Shown here: one piece after another, positions 57,351-64,000 of the stretch
Numbering within the stretch: position 1 is the stretch's first letter
Layout of the letters: every line of letters starts with the position of its first letter
Virus record (IMG/VR): IMGVR_UViG_3300024346_000044
Location: 8,294 to 72,293 of that record
Length of the DNA stretch: 64,000 nucleotides
DNA from: a virus
Strand: one strand, 5' to 3'
Notes under the pieces: generated by a model
Seen by the model: the letters and a program-made list of their open reading frames with translations, nothing else
The model's database searches: none
Told to the model about the DNA's origin: nothing
Position numbers and translations under genes: made by a program

Positions 57351-59109
57351 AAAATGTTTTGCAAGAAAATCAGGTTTTAATTCTTTTAATATTGATTTAT
57401 GGACAGATGAGGGCCATGAAAAAATTGAAAATTGGAGGAACCATGCTTATAAAGAATGTGATGAATCAAAGGCAACACATATAGGGTTAAAAAATGAACC
57501 TTTAATGAAGACTCTTGATTGGAATAATGAATCTGAGGGTATTCATTTTCATGATATGCCTCCTTACCAAAAATTCTTAATTGAAAAATATGGTACTAAT
57601 GATGAAACATCTACTACTCATAAAATATTATACTTTGATATTGAAACTGAAATGGGGGATGCCTTAACACCTGAATATATTAGGTCTGCTCCTAAAAAAG
57701 TAACATCTATTGCCTATTACGATGATATGGGGGATGAATGGGGTTGTCTTATTTTAGACCCAGATAATAAGATATCAAGTAAAAAATTTAAAAATAAAAT
57801 CATCACATCTTGTAGTGATGAAAAAGAATTACTTAGTAAGTTTATAACTAAATGGAATGAAATTGAACCTGATATTATAGTAGGTTGGAATAGTGATTAT
57901 TTTGATATTCCTTATTTAGTTCATAGATGTAATAAAATTTTAGGTAAAGATATTACTAAATATTTCTCACCAATTGGGTATATTAGAGAAACACCTTGGT
58001 TAATAACTGAAAGAGGAGGACAATACTTACAGATATGTGGTGTACAATCATTGGATTATATGCGTTTACACATTAAATTTTCGTGGGCCGATGAACCTTC
58101 AATGCGTCTGCAGGCTATAGGAGAAAAATACGTTAAACTCGGGAAAGTTGATTATGAAGGAAATTTAGATAGATTATATGAAACTGACATTGATAAGTTT
58201 ATTCAATACAATTTTCGTGATGTTGAAATATTAGTTGAACTTAATAAAAAGTTAGAATATATTTCTTTAGTAAAAAATCTATCTCATAAGGGTAAACATA
58301 ATTATGAGGAAGTATATGCAAATACTAAAACACAAGATGGTGCTATATCTGCTTACTTATTAGGTAAAGGAATAATCCCACCTAAAAAAGGTAAAATGCC
58401 TTCAAGGGATCCAAATGGTAATAAACCTTCATATGCAGGTGGTTATTTATTTTGCCCTAAAGCAGGAATATATAATAATATGTTTGATTTAGATTTCACT
58501 TCACTATATCCTACTATCATAATGACTGTAAATATAGGAAATGAAACTATGGTAGGTAGAGTTGATTTACCCTTTAATGAAAAAAAGGTTAATTATGAAG
58601 GTAAAGAAGTTTGGAATTGTAGATACGCCTTATCAGATTTAAAACAAATGGATTCAAATAAAGAATTAAGTATTATTAGTTATAAAAACAATAAGGATGG
58701 GATAACTCGTCCCTTAAAAGTTAAGGATTTAATACATCATATTGAAAAGAATAAATGGACTATATCAGCAAATGGTGTTATGTTTAGTTCTAAAACTGAA
58801 TCAGTATTATCAACTATTCTAAAAAAATGGTTTAATGAAAGGGTTATGTATAAAAACCAAATGAAAGAAGCTAAAAAATCAGGTAATAAAGAATTAGCAG
58901 CTCAACTTCATATGAAGCAATATACAATGAAGATTTTATTAAATAGTTTATATGGTGCTACTGCTCTTGGTGCTTTTAGATATGGAAATATTCTATTAGC
59001 AGAATCAATTACTTTAACAGGTCAAAGATTAATCCAAGACTCAGCTAAAGCCATAAATGATTATTTTAATGATGTAATGGAAGATAAAATAAAATTAGAA
59101 TTATGTTAA
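57343..59109 (+). CDS. Family B DNA polymerase, N-terminal part (exonuclease plus motifs A and B)
   Basis: ExoI YFDIETE, ExoII WNSDYFD, ExoIII YNFRDV, motif A DFTSLYP, motif B KILLNSLYG; lacks motif C. Confidence 0.92.
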   Translation: MFKKCFARKSGFNSFNIDLWTDEGHEKIENWRNHAYKECDESKATHIGLKNEPLMKTLDWNNESEGIHFHDMPPYQKFLIEKYGTNDETSTTHKILYFDIETEMGDALTPEYIRSAPKKVTSIAYYDDMGDEWGCLILDPDNKISSKKFKNKIITSCSDEKELLSKFITKWNEIEPDIIVGWNSDYFDIPYLVHRCNKILGKDITKYFSPIGYIRETPWLITERGGQYLQICGVQSLDYMRLHIKFSWADEPSMRLQAIGEKYVKLGKVDYEGNLDRLYETDIDKFIQYNFRDVEILVELNKKLEYISLVKNLSHKGKHNYEEVYANTKTQDGAISAYLLGKGIIPPKKGKMPSRDPNGNKPSYAGGYLFCPKAGIYNNMFDLDFTSLYPTIIMTVNIGNETMVGRVDLPFNEKKVNYEGKEVWNCRYALSDLKQMDSNKELSIISYKNNKDGITRPLKVKDLIHHIEKNKWTISANGVMFSSKTESVLSTILKKWFNERVMYKNQMKEAKKSGNKELAAQLHMKQYTMKILLNSLYGATALGAFRYGNILLAESITLTGQRLIQDSAKAINDYFNDVMEDKIKLELC

Positions 59110-59363
59110 GTAAACAATCAATAAGAAAAGAACATACTATTTATTTAAATGATGTTCAAATGACTAAAGAAGAAATTTTAAAAATAGCAGAAGACTTTAA
59201 TGAAAAAGAAGAACTTCATTTTAGAAAAATGCTAAAGCAAGGAGGGAAGCTTAAAGTTAGAAATTATGTATTTGATATAAAGAAATCAGAAAAACAATTA
59301 AGAAATAGTAAAGGTGAATGGGAAAAACCAGCAAAACCCCACAACCCAGACCAATGGAATTAA
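59103..59363 (+). CDS. 86-aa basic protein between the two polB halves
   Basis: Overlaps the polB-N stop; FRKMLKQGG motif. Confidence 0.65.
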   Translation: MLSKQSIRKEHTIYLNDVQMTKEEILKIAEDFNEKEELHFRKMLKQGGKLKVRNYVFDIKKSEKQLRNSKGEWEKPAKPHNPDQWN

Positions 59364-59394
59364 TTTTAAAGTACAACTTATACAATTCAATTAA

Positions 59395-60333
59395 ATGAAG
59401 CACTTAGAGGATACACCTGAATTTGTATGTGATAAAGAAAAAAATAATTATTGTGTCTATATAGATACTGATAGTAATTATTTCCATGCAGAACCTTTAT
59501 TAAAGAAACTCCACCCTAATTTTGATAAAATGTCAAATGAGGAGAAGGATGATTTAACAGAAAAGTTAGCTATTGCAAGTCAAACTATGGTAGGTCCAAT
59601 TTTAAAACAAATAACTAAACAATCATTTAATCAACATAATCCTGAAAATCAAAGAATTGACTTTAAAAATGAATGTGTATTAAGATCAGGTTATATTAGG
59701 GCTACTAGAAGGTATACACAATACATTACTAGAGAAGAAGGCATTAAAACTAATAAATTTGATATTAAAGGTTTAGAATTTAAAAAAGCTAACTTCCCAC
59801 CTAAATTTGGTAAATTTTTTAAAGAATTAGTTTTAAGTTCTTTAGAGGGGGTTGATAAGGAGATACTAGATGCTAAAGTAAAGAAATTTAGAACCGATAT
59901 ATTAGATGGAACTATCCCTTTATCAGATTTAGCTAACCCTACATCAGTAAAAAAGTTAAATAAATATACTGAACGTAAAGCGAGATCGGGAGAAATATTT
60001 TCTAAAATAGGTAAAGGCGCCCCTGCTGCGGTTAAGGCTACTATTATTTACAATGATTTATTAAGATTTTGGAATCTACATAGGGTACATAGTGAAATAG
60101 CTCAAGGGGATAAAATTAAATGGATTTATTTAAAAACAAACCCATATAATATTGAAGCAATTGCCCTTTTAGAGTGGGATTACCCAGATAAAATGCGTAC
60201 ATTCATTGAGGAATATGCAGATAGAAAGAAAATTTTTGAAAGTGTATTATTAAATAAATTAGAAGGTTTTTATAGTGATTTAGAATGGTCATTAAATTTA
60301 AACCCTTACCAACAAACATTTTTTAACTTATGA
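59395..60333 (+). CDS. Family B DNA polymerase, C-terminal part (motif C plus thumb)
   Basis: YIDTDS, K.E, RRY, KGLE, GDKIKWIYL. Confidence 0.92.
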   Translation: MKHLEDTPEFVCDKEKNNYCVYIDTDSNYFHAEPLLKKLHPNFDKMSNEEKDDLTEKLAIASQTMVGPILKQITKQSFNQHNPENQRIDFKNECVLRSGYIRATRRYTQYITREEGIKTNKFDIKGLEFKKANFPPKFGKFFKELVLSSLEGVDKEILDAKVKKFRTDILDGTIPLSDLANPTSVKKLNKYTERKARSGEIFSKIGKGAPAAVKATIIYNDLLRFWNLHRVHSEIAQGDKIKWIYLKTNPYNIEAIALLEWDYPDKMRTFIEEYADRKKIFESVLLNKLEGFYSDLEWSLNLNPYQQTFFNL

Positions 60334-61064
60334 TAAATAAATTAGTTTTACAAAGTATTATAAATAAATACCATTTAGGTATAGTACAATCAGTTAATTG
60401 GAGTATTAAAAATAATACAGTACTAATTGATTTTATGGATCCTTCAAAAGAAGTTATTGGGAGTGTTGAACATACTGAATTTGAATTAGAAAATTGTGAT
60501 TTATCTATTTTTGATACTAAAAAATTGCAAAATTTAATTTCTATTACTAATGGGGATTTAATAGTAGAATTAGAAAAAAACCATTTAATCCCAACAAAGC
60601 TAAAAATATCAGATCCAAATTTTAATCTAACATATAGGTTAGGAGATCCTTTATTAATTGATAAAGTAGGTACAGTTAATATCCCTAAATGGGAAAATAG
60701 AATACCATTAGAAGTAGAGGATCTAGAAAATTTAATTAAAGCTAAGAATGCATTAAGAGAAGAAGATAATATGTTTGTAGAAACTGTTACGAATGATGAT
60801 GGGGATAACGTATGTAGATTTGTATTTGGGGATGTTAAAGAATTTGACAGTAAAATTACTTACCAATTACCAGGTGAGATAACAGAACTGGGGGTTAAAA
60901 TGCCATTTAACTCAGAATTATTTAAATCTATATTGTACGCTAATAAAGATATGGATATTGGAGAAATCCATTTAACTAGTACGGGATTAATGAAACTTAA
61001 TTTTACTTCTGAAAATACTACTAGTGAATATTTTATTGTAAGAAAAGTAGAAGATGAATTTTAA
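60330..61064 (+). CDS. Sliding clamp (gp45/PCNA-like)
   Basis: 244-aa alpha/beta protein coupled to polB-C; IFDTKKL, GLMKLNF..E...SEY pattern; clamp loader nearby. Confidence 0.7.
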   Translation: MINKLVLQSIINKYHLGIVQSVNWSIKNNTVLIDFMDPSKEVIGSVEHTEFELENCDLSIFDTKKLQNLISITNGDLIVELEKNHLIPTKLKISDPNFNLTYRLGDPLLIDKVGTVNIPKWENRIPLEVEDLENLIKAKNALREEDNMFVETVTNDDGDNVCRFVFGDVKEFDSKITYQLPGEITELGVKMPFNSELFKSILYANKDMDIGEIHLTSTGLMKLNFTSENTTSEYFIVRKVEDEF

Positions 61065-61108
61065 AGATAATTTATTGATTTTCCTTTCTTCTTATATATG
61101 TATTGATG

Positions 61109-61642
61109 CAAGCTTAGGATGCACAAACAGCTCACCAAATTGGGAGCCGAGTATTATATTAAAAACATAAATTTTAGAATTATGACACTATTACGAGAAA
61201 TAGACCCTGGTCTAGCCAGACGATTACACACCCCTTTTGACATTCTTGTCAGAAACTTTTTTGAAGCCGAAACCCCATTTAACCCTCTAACAACAGTAAA
61301 ACTCAAACATCCAGTAGATGTTTATGAAGATCCTAAAGGACTTCATTTAGAACTAGCTTGTACTGGGTTAACTAAAAAGGATATTAATTTAGCTATTGAA
61401 GGAGACGTTTTAAGAATTAGTTATATTAACAAAAATGAACAACCACCAAACCGAGAATATTATTATTCAGGTATTGCTAAACGTTCATTTAATTTTGGTT
61501 ATAAAGTAATTAATCGATTTAATTTATCAAAAGCCGATGCTAAGATGGAAAATGGATTACTAATAATATCAGTCCCTTTTTCTGAAGAAACAACCACCAC
61601 AAAAACAATCACAATAAAATAAAAGAAGTCATCCTAAGCTTG
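61109..61642. repeat. Perfect 13-bp inverted repeat flanking hsp20
   Basis: CAAGCTTAGGATG (61109-61121) and CATCCTAAGCTTG (61630-61642). Confidence 0.85.
61182..61622 (+). CDS. Small heat-shock protein (Hsp20)
   Basis: PVDVYE, LELACTG..K.DI, GIAKRSF, A.MENGLL.I. Start ATG 61182 is preferred over 61119. Confidence 0.9.
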   Translation: MTLLREIDPGLARRLHTPFDILVRNFFEAETPFNPLTTVKLKHPVDVYEDPKGLHLELACTGLTKKDINLAIEGDVLRISYINKNEQPPNREYYYSGIAKRSFNFGYKVINRFNLSKADAKMENGLLIISVPFSEETTTTKTITIK

Positions 61643-61670
61643 TTTTATTGAATTTTTTTTATTATATTAA
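61639..61670 (+). promoter_or_regulatory. Bacteroidota-type promoter for groES-groEL
   Basis: CTTG 61639, TATATTAA 61663. Confidence 0.55.
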
Positions 61671-61688
61671 CCCAAAAATAAATACGTT

Positions 61689-62006
61689 ATGAAATTAAAA
61701 GCACTATTTAATGCTGTTGTAGTAAAACCAATAGAATCCGAAGAAGAAACATTTGGAAATATTGTAGTTCCTGATCTTGGAAATGAAAAAAACCAACAAG
61801 GAGAAGTTATAGCAGTTGGACCAGGTTTAACAACTCAAATGGGTCATTTTGTCCCTACCCAAGTAAAAGAAGGAGATACTGTAGTATTACCCACAATGGG
61901 GTTTACGAAATTAAACTTTGAAGGTGAAGAATACCACATAGGACCTGAAAATCAAATTTTAGCAATAATTGCTAAAGAAGAAGAAGAAAAAGATTTACCA
62001 TTTTAA
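61689..62006 (+). CDS. groES: Co-chaperonin GroES
   Basis: GNIVVPD, GEVIAVGPG, VKEGDTV, ILAII. Confidence 0.93.
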   Translation: MKLKALFNAVVVKPIESEEETFGNIVVPDLGNEKNQQGEVIAVGPGLTTQMGHFVPTQVKEGDTVVLPTMGFTKLNFEGEEYHIGPENQILAIIAKEEEEKDLPF

Positions 62007-62015
62007 AAAAAAAAT

Positions 62016-63617
62016 ATGTCAAAAATTATTGAATTAGGAGAAAAAGGCAGAGCAAAATTAGTTAAAGGAATTGATATCCTAGCAGACTCTGTCGTTTGTA
62101 CTTTAGGACCAAACGGTAGAAATGCTGTAATATCAACCCCAAATGAAAGTGTAAAATCCACAAAAGATGGAGTTACAGTAGCTAAAAGTATAAGCTTAAA
62201 AGATCCTGTTGAAGAAACAGGAGTGAAATTAGTAAAACAAGCAGCAATTAAAACAGCAGATAAAGCCGGGGATGGTACAACAACTTCAACTTTATTAGCT
62301 AGAGAGATGATTCATGGAGGATTATCGGCTTTAAATGAAGGTAAAAATGCAGTCCAAATTAAAAGAGATATTGATAAATCAGTTAAACAAATTATTGATG
62401 AATTAAAAAATATTAGTGAAGATATTTCATCTGAAGATCAATTGGAACAAGTAGCAACTTTATCAGCTAATAATGACCCTGAAGTTGGAAAATTAATTGC
62501 ATCTGCTATGAAAAAAGTAGGTAGAGATGGGATAGTCCACATTGAAGAGTCTAAATCTGGAGAAACTTATTTAGAAACAGTTGAAGGTATGCAATTAGAT
62601 AGAGGTTATAAATCTCATTTTTTTGTTACTGATAATGATAGTATGACTTGTCTTTTAAAGGATGCTTATATTTTAATTGCGGATCATAAATTTACTCAAG
62701 TAAAGGAATTATTACCAATTCTGGAGCAAGTATCAGCTACTGATAAATCATTACTTATAATTGCTGAGGATATTGATAATGAAGCCTTAGCTACTTTAAT
62801 TGTAAATAAAGCTAGAGGTACATTAAAAGTATGTGCTATAAAAGCTCCTGATTTTGGGGATAGAAGAAAATTAGTTTTAGAAGATATTGCAACATTAACT
62901 AATGGTGTAGTATTTGATAAAGATAAAGGAATGAAATTAGATAAGTTTAGTTGGGATTGGTTTGGAGAGGCTCGTGCTGTAACTGTATCAAAATCAAAAA
63001 CAACAATAGTTGATGGTAAAGGTGGAGAAAAAGAAATTAATTCTAGAGTAGATAGTCTTCAAAGTCAAATCGATACTTCTAACTCACCTTTTGAAACTGA
63101 ACAATTACAAAACCGTTTAGCTAAAATGGTAGGTGGAGTTTCTATTATTCATGTAGGTGGATTTAACGAAACCGAAATGAATGAGAAAAAAGATAGAGTT
63201 GATGATGCTTTAAATGCAACCCAAGCGGCTTTAAGTGAAGGAATAATTCCAGGTGGTGGGGTAGCATTATACAAATCAAGAAAAGTATTAGGTAACTTTA
63301 CAACAAGTATAGGATCTGAAATTGTATATAATGCGTGTGCAAAACCATTTCAACAAATACTATCAAATGCTGGGTACAATAACACAACAATAGATTCTCT
63401 TACAAAAGAATTAGATGGTGATGATTGGGCTGGATATGATATTAAACAAGATAAAATGGTAGATTTTAAAGAAAATGGAATAATTGATCCACTTAAAGTA
63501 ACAAGAACAGCATTAGAAAATGCAGCTGCTGTAGCTGGTACTGTATTATTAACAGAATGTGTTGTTGTAGAAGAAGAATCAGAAAATAATCAACCACAAT
63601 TAAACGGAATGTTCTAA
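62016..63617 (+). CDS. groEL: Chaperonin GroEL
   Basis: TLGPNGRN, TKDGVTVAK, AGDGTTT, KAPDFGDRRK, GIIPGGG, GIIDP.KV.R.AL; no GGM tail. Confidence 0.97.
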   Translation: MSKIIELGEKGRAKLVKGIDILADSVVCTLGPNGRNAVISTPNESVKSTKDGVTVAKSISLKDPVEETGVKLVKQAAIKTADKAGDGTTTSTLLAREMIHGGLSALNEGKNAVQIKRDIDKSVKQIIDELKNISEDISSEDQLEQVATLSANNDPEVGKLIASAMKKVGRDGIVHIEESKSGETYLETVEGMQLDRGYKSHFFVTDNDSMTCLLKDAYILIADHKFTQVKELLPILEQVSATDKSLLIIAEDIDNEALATLIVNKARGTLKVCAIKAPDFGDRRKLVLEDIATLTNGVVFDKDKGMKLDKFSWDWFGEARAVTVSKSKTTIVDGKGGEKEINSRVDSLQSQIDTSNSPFETEQLQNRLAKMVGGVSIIHVGGFNETEMNEKKDRVDDALNATQAALSEGIIPGGGVALYKSRKVLGNFTTSIGSEIVYNACAKPFQQILSNAGYNNTTIDSLTKELDGDDWAGYDIKQDKMVDFKENGIIDPLKVTRTALENAAAVAGTVLLTECVVVEEESENNQPQLNGMF

Positions 63618-63889
63618 TGAGTACTAAAACAGTTGAACATAATGAACTAATTGCCAAAAGAGTACCCCCTGGAGATCAGTGGGTGCTTGTTGGTGATCCT
63701 AAAAAAGAAGTATTTAAAACACTAACTGATACCTTAGAGGCGTTTCACCATCAAACAAAATTTAAAGGTGAATACAGATTAGCTCCTTTAAATAGTAAAC
63801 TATATGCTATTAAAACCTCAGAAGAAGAAATAAGAATAGAAGAACCTAAAACATTTTCTTTATATGGAGAGTTCCAACAGGGAATATAA
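63617..63889 (+). CDS. Hypothetical protein
   Basis: LIAKRVPPGDQW; translationally coupled to groEL. Confidence 0.65.
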   Translation: MSTKTVEHNELIAKRVPPGDQWVLVGDPKKEVFKTLTDTLEAFHHQTKFKGEYRLAPLNSKLYAIKTSEEEIRIEEPKTFSLYGEFQQGI

Positions 63890-63922
63890 TTTGGATATTA
63901 TAAAACAATTTCGTATATTTAC
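63890..63922 (+). promoter_or_regulatory. Bacteroidota sigma70-type promoter
   Basis: TTTG 63890, CGTATATTTAC with TA at 63914. Confidence 0.7.
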
Positions 63923-63925
63923 GTT

Positions 63926-64000
63926 ATGAATAAAGACCACGGATTATTAGTTGAACGTTACCGTTCTAAAACACTAGAAGAGTATGTTGGAAACGAACAC
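63926..64000 (+). CDS. Clamp loader subunit (gp44/RFC-like), 3'-truncated
   Basis: MNKDHGLLVERYRSKTLEEYVGNEH matches the RFC N-terminal W/L-VEKYRP..L...VG motif. Confidence 0.8.
   Translation, partial: MNKDHGLLVERYRSKTLEEYVGNEH

Noticed and set aside
59110-59394. Group I/II intron or intein in polB
   Set aside because: No P/Q/R/S core, no group II ends and no LAGLIDADG/HNH/GIY-YIG motif. The gap is AT-rich and filled by an ordinary ORF.

Overview
This window is a 64-kb segment of a large, AT-rich, lytic T4-like myophage genome. All credible genes lie on the + strand. The host is most likely a Bacteroidota/Flavobacteriia bacterium: there are nine fixed-spacing TTTG-N20-TAnATT promoters and most genes have A-rich leaders without a Shine-Dalgarno sequence. 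Gene order: (1) head module (prohead protease, scaffold, major capsid) and a phoH interrupted by one in-frame TAA; (2) neck and tail-terminator genes; (3) four modular fibre genes, including a 2020-aa fibre with an S74 chaperone, next to an Rmt2/GAMT-like methyltransferase; (4) sheath, tube, a frameshift-type tail chaperone pair, tape measure and baseplate with an amidase; (5) replication and recombination genes (divergent PolA, SSB, UvsX, 5' nuclease, helicase, NrdB/NrdA); (6) a lysis cassette; (7) a 7-deazaguanine cluster (TGT/DpdA-like, QueC, QueD, QueE, FolE) interleaved with three tRNAs, a secreted nuclease, a purine PRTase and a MazG-like NTP pyrophosphatase, running directly into a split PolB and sliding clamp; (8) Hsp20-GroES-GroEL and the start of a clamp loader. 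Most notable: a possible pre-replicative 7-deazaguanine substitution system alongside two DNA polymerases, a perfect 13-bp inverted repeat enclosing hsp20, a structured RNA leader before the giant fibre, a +1/-2 tail-chaperone frameshift, and a late-promoter motif (ATATTTATA) that is the reverse complement of the T4 late promoter. All functional calls come from recognising motifs by eye; no searches were run.
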